From contig CAVYXA010000002.1 of the NCBI GenBank assembly GCA_963772365.1, positions 32,763 through 96,762 on the forward strand: a stretch of 64,000 nt of DNA, given 5' to 3'. Origin of the DNA: an uncultured Verrucomicrobiae bacterium (GTDB taxonomy: Bacteria; Verrucomicrobiota; Verrucomicrobiia; Chthoniobacterales; UBA10450). The position numbers were made by a program, and so were the translations under genes. Within the stretch, counting starts at the first letter, position 1. Every line of letters begins with the position of its first letter. A model generated the notes under the pieces. The model saw only the letters and a list, made by a program, of their open reading frames with translations. It made no database searches and was not told the DNA's origin. This document shows positions 49,679 to 60,933 of this stretch, in pieces.

Positions 49679-52402
49679 CTAACGCTTTTCCTTGTCGATG
49701 CTCTCTTTGCCGTTGATGTTCACCAACGTCATCACCGCGCCGTCGATCTTGTTATCGGCCGTGCGATAGGGACGAACCCGCAGCGAATACTTGCGACCGT
49801 CGTTGTCACGCACGGTGGATTGCCTCGTTTGCAACGTGTCGATCACTTCGCGTAACAGCTTCTCCAAATCGCCGACATTGAAGTTCGGTTTGAAGTCGCT
49901 AATCGGCCGGCCCACGTCGCTCTGCAAAATATTAAAGGGGTTGCGCGCCGCCGGTGTTACCCGCCGGACGATCAGATTGTTGTCCACCATCACGATCGGC
50001 AATTGAATGCTGGCGAGCAGATTGTTCAGGTCGCTGTTCATCTGCATCATTTCCAGATTTCGATTGCTCAGCTCTTCATTGAGGGTGGTCAGCTCTTCGT
50101 TGGTCGATTGCAACTCCTCCTTCGCCGTCTCGAGCTCTTCGTTGGTCGATTGCAATTCTTCATTGCTCGATTCGATCTCTTCGTTGGCCGATTTCAGTTC
50201 TTCGTTTGTCGCTTCCTGCTCTTCGATGATGGCCTGGAGCGATTCCTTGGAAGCGGCCAATTGCCGCCGCAGCTCTGCCGTTTCCCGCTGGGTTGCGGTC
50301 TTCCCCAACGCCCACGGCGAAATGCCAGGCTTTATTGTCCTGGTGGTTTCGTCGAAAATCACCAGATACCAGAACTTGCCCGAGGCCTGAATCTTGAAGG
50401 GGACGACCTGAACGTTTATTTCGCGCATCTTGCCGTCCACCTTCACCAGCACGCGATCTTTCCGGACGGGCTTCTTTGCCTTGGTGGCGCGATGAAGTGC
50501 TGTGCGCAGATCGGAGACGATACTGGGTTGTGCGACTTGAAAAACATTCAGCGAAGCGGGACCCGCCGGATGCGCGAGATATGCATCGGCGCGGCCGCGG
50601 AACTGTTGGATCTGCATATCAGAATCGAGCACTACCGCAGCGGGCGCGTAGGCGCTGAGCATGATACGGTCGGCTGTTTGCAAAAGTTGACCGCTGGTGG
50701 TGAGATCAATGGGTGTCGCCGGTAAGCCGCGTAAAATTTCGCGCCGTTCGGTGGCTCCGAAGGCCAGCTGCGGTGTCGGGACATTTTTCTTGGAGTAAAT
50801 TTTGTTCTTCTTGTCCACTACCCTGAACAGGTTTTCGAAGGCGCCGACCGATTCTGCCGGGCCGAGAATAAGAAATCCCTCGGGCAGGAGAGCGTAATGA
50901 AAGTGTGGCAGACAACGTCTCTGCAATTCCGGCCCAAGATAGATCAGCACGTTGCGGCAACTGATTATATCCAGACGCGAGAACGGTGCGTCTGCGACAA
51001 TATTCTGGCGGGCAAATGTGCAGACATCGCGCACCTGCCGGGCGATTTGATACATACTGTCGCGTTTGACGAAATAACGCTTCAAACGCGCCGGCGAAAC
51101 ATCTCGCGAAATGGCGCCGGAATAAATCCCTGCCCGCGCATGTTCGATGGCGAACTCGCTCAGATCCGTTCCGAAAATTTGGAGGTTCGTTCGGGAGACG
51201 CGGCTGCCCAGCGTCTCCAGAATGCAAATCGCGAGCGAATAAACTTCCTCGCCGCTGGCACAACCCGGCACCCAAACCCGCAGCTCGCCTTGTTTTTTTC
51301 TTTTCAACAGTTGAGGCAGGAATTTTTTCTGGAGCGCGCTGAACAATTCCTTATCGCGGAAGAAGTGGGTTACGTTGATCAGCAGATCGGAAAAAAGCGC
51401 TTCGGCCTCCTTTTGGTTGTCTCGAAGAAAACGAGCATAATGCTCGAGGCGTTCGATGCGATGCAGCGCCATCCGGCGCTGAATGCGGCGGTTCAAAGTG
51501 GACTGCTTGTAAGCGCTGAAATCGACTCCCGTATATTTCTTAAGCGAAAGAAAAATCCGGCCGAGATCGTCCGTGCTTTTGTAATCAACTTCGCCGGTCT
51601 CTTCCGCCAGGGGTTTGCGCAAATATGGATGGGTGGCGACACGCTGAATTTCACGGGCAATCTCACGCGGCGAGAGAATCGCGTCCGCGAACCCGGCGCG
51701 AATGGCGCTGGCGGGCATGGCGTCGAACTTCGCCGTCTCGGGATCTTGCGCAAAAGTCAGCCCGCCCGCGGCTTTGATCGCGCGCAAACCGGCCGTTCCG
51801 TCCGTGCCGGTACCGGAAAGTATCACCCCAATCGCGCGCGATCCGCGGCTTTCCGCCAGCGATTCAAAAAAATGGTCGATCGCCAGAGTGGGCAACTGAA
51901 TGCGCCGGATGAGGACGAGCTTGCCATCCTTGCAACTCAAACCTTTGTCCGGCGGCTGAACGTAAACTGTATTCGGTTCGGGAGTGATCGTTTCCTTGAC
52001 TTCAAGCACCGGCATTTTCGTTACCCGGCCCAACAAACTGGCGAGGCGGCTGGCGTGGTGCGGATCGAGATGTTGGATGATTGCGAAGGCAGTCCCAGTG
52101 TTAATTGGAAGATGCTGCAGCAACTCCGTCGCGGCCTCGAAACCTCCGGCCGAACCGCCGATCCCGACGATGGGACAAGCGGATAGCGCGGCGGTGCCTT
52201 TAGATGACGCTTGCCGTGCGGCACCCTGATCAAGTTTGGTCGAATTTTTCCGGCCGCCCTTTCGCTTTCGTGAGGGCGATGCGCTTTTTTTCGCTTTTTG
52301 GTTTGCGGGCACGGCCAAATTAAGCTTAGAGCGCCGATGTTCTGAAACAAGGCGTAATTGATTGCTTCCACCTGCGGGAAACGACTCGCCTGCGATTTTC
52401 AA
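49679..52402 (-). CDS. CheB-CheR fusion with coiled coil and PAS (start uncertain)
   Basis: GSAGG/QH/DG esterase triad; VTHFFRD, GCASGEE, CRNVLIY; EELQSTNEEL repeats. Confidence 0.92.
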   Translation of the reverse strand: MKIAGESFPAGGSNQLRLVSEHRRSKLNLAVPANQKAKKSASPSRKRKGGRKNSTKLDQGAARQASSKGTAALSACPIVGIGGSAGGFEAATELLQHLPINTGTAFAIIQHLDPHHASRLASLLGRVTKMPVLEVKETITPEPNTVYVQPPDKGLSCKDGKLVLIRRIQLPTLAIDHFFESLAESRGSRAIGVILSGTGTDGTAGLRAIKAAGGLTFAQDPETAKFDAMPASAIRAGFADAILSPREIAREIQRVATHPYLRKPLAEETGEVDYKSTDDLGRIFLSLKKYTGVDFSAYKQSTLNRRIQRRMALHRIERLEHYARFLRDNQKEAEALFSDLLINVTHFFRDKELFSALQKKFLPQLLKRKKQGELRVWVPGCASGEEVYSLAICILETLGSRVSRTNLQIFGTDLSEFAIEHARAGIYSGAISRDVSPARLKRYFVKRDSMYQIARQVRDVCTFARQNIVADAPFSRLDIISCRNVLIYLGPELQRRCLPHFHYALLPEGFLILGPAESVGAFENLFRVVDKKNKIYSKKNVPTPQLAFGATERREILRGLPATPIDLTTSGQLLQTADRIMLSAYAPAAVVLDSDMQIQQFRGRADAYLAHPAGPASLNVFQVAQPSIVSDLRTALHRATKAKKPVRKDRVLVKVDGKMREINVQVVPFKIQASGKFWYLVIFDETTRTIKPGISPWALGKTATQRETAELRRQLAASKESLQAIIEEQEATNEELKSANEEIESSNEELQSTNEELETAKEELQSTNEELTTLNEELSNRNLEMMQMNSDLNNLLASIQLPIVMVDNNLIVRRVTPAARNPFNILQSDVGRPISDFKPNFNVGDLEKLLREVIDTLQTRQSTVRDNDGRKYSLRVRPYRTADNKIDGAVMTLVNINGKESIDKEKR

Positions 52403-52490
52403 CGCTCGACATCGCCATTATAATCGCCGTTCGCTCAAATCACTCACGCCCAATGAGCGATGAGAAAACGATCCATTTAAGGAGGCTTTT

Positions 52491-53462
52491 TTGCCAACGA
52501 TCAAACGCAACATCATTGTTATCGGAGCATCTGCGGGTGGAGTGGAAGCTTTGTGCGGCTTAACCAAGCATCTTCCGAAAGATCTCGATGCGTCCGTTTT
52601 CGTGGTGATGCACGTGGGCGAGGAAAGCATGCTGCCCGAGGTTTTATCCACGTGCGGCAATCTGCCGGCCGTTGCGGCAAAGAATAACGAGCAATATCAA
52701 CGCGGCTGCATTTATTGCGCTCCGCCGCGGTGTCATTTGTCAATTAAAGATACAAAAACAATGCTGACCCGCGGTCCGCGCGAAAATGGTCATCGGCCCG
52801 CCGCGGATGTTTTATTTCGAAGCGCGGCGCGCGTGCACCGCGAAAAGGTGGTCGGTGTTATTCTGAGCGGAGGCCGCGACGACGGTTCGGCTGGGCTCTT
52901 CGCGATTAAAGCGCGCGGCGGCGTCGCAGTTGTTCAAGATCCGGATGACGCAGTGGCGCCGAACATGCCGACCAACGCGCTCAACATGGTCGAGGTCGAT
53001 TTTTGCCTGCCAGTTCCGCAGATCGCCAAGGTGCTGGTACAACTGGCGAACGGCAAAGCCACCCACATTGTTGATGCACCAGATGGAGGACATAAAATGG
53101 AAAAACAAGCCACCGCCGAACGGCCGACTAGCCAGCCTCCGGGTGAGCAGATCCCGTTGTCCTGTCCGGAGTGCAACGGCCCCATTTATCAGGTCAATGA
53201 AGGAGAACTCGCCCGCTTCCAATGTTTCGTCGGGCACGCCTTTTCGCCGGAAAGCTTGAGTGAAGAACACACCGAAGCACTCGAGCGCGCACTTTGGACC
53301 GCGACTCGTAAACTCAAGGAGCGTGTTGTTCTCCATCAGAAATTGCTGGAGCGCAAAAAGCGCAATAACGGGGAAGAAGAGTTGCGCTCGCGGCTGGAGG
53401 AATCTGTGACCACGGCCGAGAAGGACGTCAAACTTCTGCGCGAGATTCTGGACCGGATCTAG
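52491..53462 (+). CDS. cheB: Stand-alone CheB methylesterase with C-terminal Cys-rich region
   Basis: GASAGG, VMH, RPAADVLF, DDG; CPEC...CFVGH. Confidence 0.88.
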   Translation: MPTIKRNIIVIGASAGGVEALCGLTKHLPKDLDASVFVVMHVGEESMLPEVLSTCGNLPAVAAKNNEQYQRGCIYCAPPRCHLSIKDTKTMLTRGPRENGHRPAADVLFRSAARVHREKVVGVILSGGRDDGSAGLFAIKARGGVAVVQDPDDAVAPNMPTNALNMVEVDFCLPVPQIAKVLVQLANGKATHIVDAPDGGHKMEKQATAERPTSQPPGEQIPLSCPECNGPIYQVNEGELARFQCFVGHAFSPESLSEEHTEALERALWTATRKLKERVVLHQKLLERKKRNNGEEELRSRLEESVTTAEKDVKLLREILDRI

Positions 53463-53542
53463 CTGGCGGCGCCAGAAACAAAAGAGCGGGGTTGTTTCCC
53501 CGTTCTTTCGCTAGGCGGCAAATCTTCGGTATCAACTTCTCA

Positions 53543-54446
53543 CTACACGAGATTGTCGATGTAAGTTTTGCGATCGAAAGGCGCAAAATCCTCAATTTTT
53601 TCCCCGGTGCCAACGAAGCGTGTGGGGATTCCGAGCTCATCCTGAATCGCGACGATGATTCCGCCTTTGCCGCTGCCGTCGAGTTTCGTGACGATGAGAC
53701 CGGTCAGACCGAGCGCATTGTGAAACTCGCGCGCCTGACTGAGCGCGTTTCCTCCCGTCGTAGCATCGACAACCAGCAGAGTCTCGTGCGGCGCGGTGGA
53801 ATCCTGCTTTGCCAGCGTCCGTTTAATTTTTTGCAGCTCGGCCATCAAATTCGATTTGGTATGCTGGCGGCCGGCGGTGTCGCAGAGCAAGAAATCGGCT
53901 TTTCGTTTAATGGCTGCTTGATAGGCCTCGTAGCAAACGGCGGCCGGATCGGCATTGTACTGGCCGCGAATCATTTCGATTCCAAGGCGCTCTGCCCAAA
54001 TCCCGAGTTGCTCGATCGCCGCCGCGCGAAAGGTATCAGCGGCAGCGACCAGGATTTTGGAAGTGCCAGGTAGGCGCGATTGACCACAATCGCCCGCGGG
54101 TGGTTCGGGGGAACAGCCCCTACCTTTCAGATGGTGCGCGAGTTTCGCTGTCGATGTTGTTTTGCCCGTACCATTCACGCCCACGATTAGAATCACGGCA
54201 GGCTTATCCGATTGAATGCGAATCGGCTCAGTTTTATCCGGTAGAATTTTCGCAATCTCTTCCCGCGCAACTTTGATCACGTTGTGGATCCCGAGCAGGG
54301 ACCAGGCTTCGACTTCTTCGAGCCGCTTCATGATGCGCATCGTTATCGGTACGCCAAGATCGGCCCGAATGAGCGATTCTTCGAGCTCGTCCCAATCGAT
54401 CGGCTTATTCGCAAAACTTTGGGCGAGGGTTTGAAGGAATTTTCAT
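53543..54446 (-). CDS. ftsY: Signal recognition particle receptor FtsY (apparent frameshift right after the start)
   Basis: GVNGTGKTT, DTFRAAA, DTAGR, TKLDGSGKGG. Confidence 0.95.
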
Positions 54447-54519
54447 GCGAGGATCAGTCTTTATATTGTAGGGCAGGCGCATCGCCTGCCAATACGGCGG
54501 CAACCGCAGCAGGTTGACC

Positions 54520-54956
54520 CTACAATTCCTTTTTCACCGCTTCACGCGCAGGACGAGTCAGGTCCTTTCGCACGCGGTCCAGGATGCCGTTGACGAACCG
54601 GCCGGACTCGGCGCCGCCAAAAGTTTTTGCCAACTCGATTGCTTCGTTAATCGAAACGACGGGCGGGATATCGTCGCGATAAAGCATTTCATAAATGGCG
54701 AGCCGCATGACATTTCGATCCACGGCCGAGATACGATTGAAGTCGAAATTCTCCGAGTAGCGGCGGATGCGTTCGTCGATCTCCGGCAGATGGGAAATCA
54801 TTCCTTCGATCAGCGGCTGGGCAAACTCGCGAACGATGGTTTCACCGGACAAAATTCCCAGAAATCCTCGATGCGTTCCGGCGCTTTGCCGCCCTGCAAA
54901 TCCCGCCAGAAATGAAATTGAATGGCTGCTTCCCGTGCCCGTCGCCGTTTGCCCAT
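54520..54956 (-). CDS. nusB: Transcription antitermination factor NusB (apparent frameshift near 54840)
   Basis: MGKRRRAREAA; VSINEAIELAK, FVNGILD. Confidence 0.93.
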
Positions 54957-54958
54957 AA

Positions 54959-55441
54959 TTACTTGCGTCCAATCTGCCGAGATGACATTCGGCAATATCC
55001 ACGGCGGCGCGAGCGCTGCTTCGGTGCCGCGATTGATGCGATCCTCAAGACAGCGTTCCTTGGCCTGTTTTTCTGTATCGAAGCGAGCACCGCGTTAATA
55101 ACAGGGATGCCGTGATGAATCGCGATCTGTTGGAGCGCGTCGGTCACCGATCGGCTGAGATTCTTCGCGTGATTAGTTTCGCCTTTCAAAATGACGCCGC
55201 AAGCGATGATCGCTTCCGCTTGATTTTTCATGGCCAGCTCGCGCACGACTACCGGGATTTCAAATGCTCCCGGCACGCGATGGACTACCACCGTCGCATT
55301 CGGCAAAAGATTGCGTAATTCTTCCATGGCATGATCGATAAGTCCCTGCACATGGTGGGCGTTAAACTGGCTCGCCACAATTACGAATGTGCGTGTTCCG
55401 CCGGCGATCTTGACGCGGCGAGGAGGAATGAGATTCGACAT
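54959..55441 (-). CDS. ribH: 6,7-dimethyl-8-ribityllumazine synthase (C-terminal indels likely)
   Basis: ASQFN, VPGAFEIP, GVILKGETNH. Confidence 0.92.
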   Translation of the reverse strand: MSNLIPPRRVKIAGGTRTFVIVASQFNAHHVQGLIDHAMEELRNLLPNATVVVHRVPGAFEIPVVVRELAMKNQAEAIIACGVILKGETNHAKNLSRSVTDALQQIAIHHGIPVINAVLASIQKNRPRNAVLRIASIAAPKQRSRRRGYCRMSSRQIGRK

Positions 55442-55592
55442 TGTGCTGTGAGGCTCACTGTCCGTGTCGATTGAGGACCGCGCAACTCGAGCTGCGTTGT
55501 AGCCGAGGGCGCCGACCTCGGCCTTTCTGTGCATGGCCGCGCGGCGGACGGGGTCAACGACCCCGGCTCCAGCTATGTCGAACTGTTTGCTC

Positions 55593-58500
55593 CTACGGAA
55601 GGCCGGTGCCAGTCTTCGATTTCACGACGGAAATATCAGAGCTGTTGATCTCGCCACTGACCGTGACATCTGTTCGGAAATTCGTTGCGCCGACAGCAGT
55701 CCCAGTCTGAGATTTGGTCTGGCTGATATCGGAAGCAGTTCACGGGCCGATTGGCATTCGTATCGCCTAACAGCACGCCCATCGGAATCGAAACATCTCC
55801 AGTATTTGTGCCATCACTCACACTGAAGAGAGTGACGACGATAGTCTGGGCATTGGCCACGCCGCTAAGATCGACCGTGACAACCGAGCCATTGATGTTC
55901 ACAGCATCGACTTGTCCCGTGCCCGAAGTGACCGCCGCCTGCGGGTTTCCGTTGATCGTTACGGGATTAGCAAAAGTAATGACCATTCTGTGGTCATCCG
56001 CATTAGCGCCCTGGCCTTTGCGGCATTCGATTCCAGGCGGCCCACTCAGCGGCAGATCGACATCCCAATCGCCTGCGCTGCCATGCGTCTTTCGAGAAAC
56101 GGCGCCCACTGCCGTGATTCCGCCGGGCGCGCATGGGTTATTGCCTGAAACGAGATAAGTTGCCGCTGGATAGCCATTGTCCGTCTGTCCTTTCACAAAC
56201 GTGTGATCGATAAACAGATTCGATCGATGCAGATTTTGGGTTTCGGGTGTGTCGCCGGTGAACGTTCTTCCGTTCACCGCTCCGAGAAGTGCGCCTGGCT
56301 GCGGATTGCCGACACCGGATTTCGGCACCACGATCGTGACTGTCCCGTCCGACTGATAATTACTCGCCGGCTCTGCTGGGATGGCGTTTTGCTCGGAGAT
56401 CACGAAAACGGCAGGTACTCCTGCATCGGCCAGCTCGCCATATTGGAATGAAGGTGTGCCGGTTTCATCGGTCCTCATTCCGCAATAATATTGCTGTCCC
56501 GGCGAAGCGAATGAATCCCACACGATTCGCCACCGGCTGTTCGGCGGCAGAGTCGCGAGATCGTTCACTTTCATTTTGAATACGAGATTGCTGGAGTTTT
56601 CCGGTTCGCCCACTGCGATGATAATCGATCAGCAAGTGAAGCCGGCGTGGCCATTCCGCCATTGGCTTCGGGATGCGTCGGATCGTTGCGATGCATGATG
56701 ATCCCGCTGCACGCAGTTCCAAGAAACGGCGCGGCGACCTCGTTGTTGCCGCACGATGGGCCGAGCGCTGTTTACCGCCACCACCTTATAATAATAGGTG
56801 GTGGTGTCGTCTGCCGGCAAAGTGTCTGTGTAAGTGCCGCCCGTTTGCATCCCGGGAACTGTCGTCAGCAAGGTTTCGCCGCCGCTCTGCTGTGCCGCGC
56901 AGAATTTGATATCCCGTGATCGGTGAATTGCCGGTGTCGGCTTCGGACCATTGCAGATTTACGACATTTGCGACACGGCGTTTGGGTGAGCAAGGCATGC
57001 CCGGCTTGGAAGTGGGATTACAGGATCATGAGCGGCAAACAGCCGCCGGCCACTGGATTGTCGGGCGATGGTCGCCGCCGTAGTGTATGCGTTTCCCTGG
57101 TCCGGCGGTGTTTCTCCCGAGCCGGTGAGAGGGGCTTGCATGCAATTGCCGCCTTCACAACCGTTCACGTAGCCAACCAGAACGCGCCCATCGTGATCGA
57201 CTGTCATATCGAAGAAGTCGAGGAGATTGCGGCAAATATTGGCTCCGCCTTTGGCCCAGATGCAGCCGCGTTGCATCGGCGCTTTCGGAGTCGCATCTGT
57301 AGTTGTCCAATGCACGCCGCCATCGAAGGTATTGGCCACATAAAGATGCCAGACGCCGACGAAACTGCCTTCCAGCGCGTCACCCGCAGTTGTTGTTCCA
57401 TAGAAGGCCACGGCTGCACGCGCGGCCAGCATCTCCCGCTATCGCCGCCGGATATCGGATATTATGGAGGCCGTAAATGTCGGAGACGTTTCCGAGATTC
57501 TGCCATGTAGACGCCTGCATCATCGGAAGTGAGAACAGCGGCCTGAGTGTCATTATTGGCAATCACAAAATAGACACGACCGCTTGCATCGATGGCCACT
57601 GCAGGATCCTGGAAACTGGCCGAAGGAGCCAGCCGAGACACTCCGTTTTGCGACATGTCGCACAGTCCAGGTAATGCCGTTATCGGTGGAAACAACCACG
57701 CTGCCAACGGCGTCGCACTGATTGAACGGGACATAGACAGTTCCATTCGGGCGAAACTTTGACGTGACCGTGCAATCCGCCACACACATTGATCGGCGGA
57801 TTCGTTAGCGGAATGGATGGCCCGAACGTTAATCCGCCATCATCGCTGCGTGAACAAAACGAGGGCGGGCCGCTGGCCGGCACACCTTCCTGCGAACAAT
57901 AATAAACCGCGTGCTGATACGCCGGAGGCGGCGGAGGAGTGATGGCGGTGCATGGTACGGGCCGCCGCCGATTGTCTCGTGATCGACACCCGGAGGCCAG
58001 GCCACTGCCCTGAGTGGGCACCCAGGTCATGCCGTCGTCGTCGTGTATAGGAAGTTTTACAGGTCGGTGAAAGCAAGCGTGAGCTGGCCGGAAAAGGAGC
58101 GTCCGAGAGGAGAATCGGTAAAGCCGATCGGATCGGAATCGACCAATTGCGCCGTGGGCGCTTGTCGATTTCACCCATGTGGAAGCGATGCCGTTGGCCG
58201 GGCAAGTATCGTCGAAATTCACGAACAACGATTGCAAATCGCTATAAAAAATCGTCGTATCGGTGATCCAGTTGTTTCCGATGGATGGTTCGCCAGCGCC
58301 GCGTCCCATGTATTCGACCGAATTGGCCTGCTGGCCACCGGAGGTCGTAGTTACGTGAAGAAGTTGTCCCGGCGCGGTAAAGTTTTCGAATCCGATTTTC
58401 GGGCCGTTGTCCTGCGGCGCTGCCGGGACATTCATCGTTATCGGCGGCGGCGGCGGGCCGCCCGGAGGTCCGGTATTATCGAGAGTGAACGTGCCGTTAT

Positions 58501-58975
58501 AATCGTAGGGAGGCATCTGCGTGATTTCCCCCGGATTTGGGGTTTCACAAATCTGGAACTTGGTACTCGCCCGGCGGGACTCCGCCCGATGGCTGATAAA
58601 CATAAACTTCGCCGCTTGTTCCGGTGTCTTCGGTGTGAATCAAGTCGGGACTTGGATCGGGGCCAAACAACAGGCTCACCGTCAGATCATTTGTGACTAA
58701 GCGTAGCCTGAACTTGAACGATCAGCCGAATCTGACCGACGGGCACGATGAAATGATGTCGCGGCGTTGCACACGGATAGACGGTCGGATCGTACGGTCC
58801 CACTAAATGGGATCGGCACCGCGACATCGGGCGATTTGCTTTGCGCCAAGCAGACGGCCAAGATTGCCGGCAGACAGATTCGAGAAGTGCAAGCGCAAAC
58901 AGACAGACGCTGGCTATAAAGAAGGGCATGACTAACAGGACGCGCGCGGCGGCTGGAGAAGGAATTTATTTTCAT
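55593..58975 (-). CDS. Large secreted protein: Asp-box (sialidase-like) propeller, Fn3 and C-terminal dockerin-like domain; broken by many apparent indels
   Basis: Fragments contain SRSDDGGLTF, STDNGITW, NTFDGGVHW, SPITGYQI, YYYKVVAVN, VSRKTHG...GIECR and GDTNAN. Confidence 0.72.
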
Positions 58976-59085
58976 AAGCGGATTTTTGTTCGCCTGTTAA
59001 TCGGGCTTCACGAAGGTGATGGATGTATCCGCACGAGCAGTGACATCGCTGCAAACGCCGGGCTTGCTGCGTGAAATGCGCTCAG

Positions 59086-59630
59086 TTAGAGACGATCGAG
59101 CGCTTTTCTGGCCAGCGTTTTTGATTTGTCGATCTTCGTTTGCTGATCATCCGGCCCGCCAAGGCTGAGACGAATGAAAGTCTTGTTCTTTGATTGCGTA
59201 CAATGCAGCCGCCCACACGATTTCCCACCCAATAGGCATCTTCTCCAAGACCTTCAATTCTTACCGGGGAAGCCGACGCCCGTTCTTTGGCTTCGCTTTC
59301 TCTTTCGCTTCAACATCGCCTTGCCGGGAAACATCTCCTGCCAATAATCTTTCGGAGATCGTTTAACGGGATGATCGGGATCCGACTGCGTGACCACCAG
59401 GCTCACTGATTTGCTCGTTTTCTTCTGCCGCAAAATAACATTGAGAAATTCGAAACCCCTTCTCGGCGGTCTCGCTGCTTTTGCGTTCCGTGATCGGCGA
59501 ACCCTGCACGACTTCAATCTCTTGCTCGTGAGAAGCGCGCAGGCGTCGATTTTCGTTTCGAGCAGAATTCTCGACTTTCCCGCACCCGGCAAGCCCAAGC
59601 TACTAAAGCCGCTAAACAAAAAAATCTCGG
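59086..59630 (-). CDS. Hypothetical protein (several apparent frameshifts, start uncertain)
   Basis: Joined frames give KIDACALLT...GLGEDAYWVG...KTLARKALDRL*. Confidence 0.55.
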
Positions 59631-59632
59631 CT

Positions 59633-60850
59633 TCAAAGCAGGTGACCTAATTTGGCCTTCTTCGTCTCGAGGTATTTGACGTTATGCGGATTTGCCTCGG
59701 TCCGAATCGGCACCTGCTCGATCATCTCCAGACCGTAACCTTCCAGGCCGACAACCTTTTTTGGATTATTAGTCAGGAAACGGAATTGCCGCACGCCGAG
59801 ATCGAACAGGATTTGCGCGCCAAGTCCATAATCGCGCAGATCGCTCGGATAACCAAGCTTTGCGTTCGCTTCTACGGTATCGAGACCTTCCTCCTGCAAT
59901 TTGTAGGCGTGAATTTTTGCGGCTAATCCGATTCCGCGTCCTTCCTGGCGCATGTAAACCAGAACGCCGCTGCCTTCTTCCGCAATCTGGCGAAGTGCGG
60001 CGTGCAATTGATTGCCGCAATCGCATCGCCGCGAGCCGAAAACATCGCCGGTGAGACATTGGCTGTGGACGCGGACCAGGGTGGGTTTGTCTTTGTCGAT
60101 CTTCCCTTTCACCAATGCGAGATGATGCTGACCATCCAACTTCGAGCGATACAAATGCAGATCGAAATCGCCGTAATCGGTCGGCATTTTTACGACCTGC
60201 TCCAGTTCGATGAGTTTTTCGCGCACCCGCCGATGCGCGATCAACGCCTGGATCGTGCAAATGCGCAGGCCGTGCTTTTTTCGAAACTCCATCAGCTCCG
60301 GCAGACGCGCCATCGTTCCATCCTCGTGCAGAATCTCGCAAAGCACGCCGACCGGTTGCAGCCCCGCCATCCGGGCAAGATCGACAGCCGCTTCGGTATG
60401 ACCGGCTCGACGCAAAACTCCGCCATCTTTTGCTCGCAATGGAAATACGTGACCAGGCTGATTCAAATCTTCCGGCGAGGATTTCGGATTAGCGATGGCC
60501 AGAATTGTCGTGGCCCGATCGTAAGCGCTGATGCCGGTGGTGACTCCGCGTGCGGCATCGACCGAAACCGTGAAATCGGTCCGGTGTGCTTCCCGGTTTT
60601 GGGCCACCATTCGTTGCAAGCCGAGCTGCTCGGCGCGCTCGTTCGAAATCGGGACACAAATCAGACCGCGGCCGTGCGTGGCCATGAAATTCACCGCCTC
60701 GGGCGTAACCTTTTCCGCGGCGATAACTAGATCGCCTTCGTTTTCGCGATCGGCATCATCGGTCACAATCACAATGCGTCCCTTCGCGATGTCGCTAACG
60801 ACATCGTCGATCATGTCGAACTGAAATGACTCCTTCGGCTTCGCAATCAT
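59633..60850 (-). CDS. ribBA: Bifunctional DHBP synthase / GTP cyclohydrolase II
   Basis: DRENEGD, RRAGHTE, RVHSQCLTGDVFGSRRCDCG, QEGRGIG. Confidence 0.96.
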   Translation of the reverse strand: MIAKPKESFQFDMIDDVVSDIAKGRIVIVTDDADRENEGDLVIAAEKVTPEAVNFMATHGRGLICVPISNERAEQLGLQRMVAQNREAHRTDFTVSVDAARGVTTGISAYDRATTILAIANPKSSPEDLNQPGHVFPLRAKDGGVLRRAGHTEAAVDLARMAGLQPVGVLCEILHEDGTMARLPELMEFRKKHGLRICTIQALIAHRRVREKLIELEQVVKMPTDYGDFDLHLYRSKLDGQHHLALVKGKIDKDKPTLVRVHSQCLTGDVFGSRRCDCGNQLHAALRQIAEEGSGVLVYMRQEGRGIGLAAKIHAYKLQEEGLDTVEANAKLGYPSDLRDYGLGAQILFDLGVRQFRFLTNNPKKVVGLEGYGLEMIEQVPIRTEANPHNVKYLETKKAKLGHLL

Positions 60851-60933
60851 TGCGACAATATAATTACGTTAGCGCTAGATTTGAGCAACTCTTACTCGTG
60901 CTCTCGCTCATGCTCGTAATCGAAGACTAAAAT

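Noticed and set aside
50050..50230. Nucleotide repeats in the CheB-CheR gene
   Set aside because: They encode the known EELQSTNEEL coiled-coil heptads
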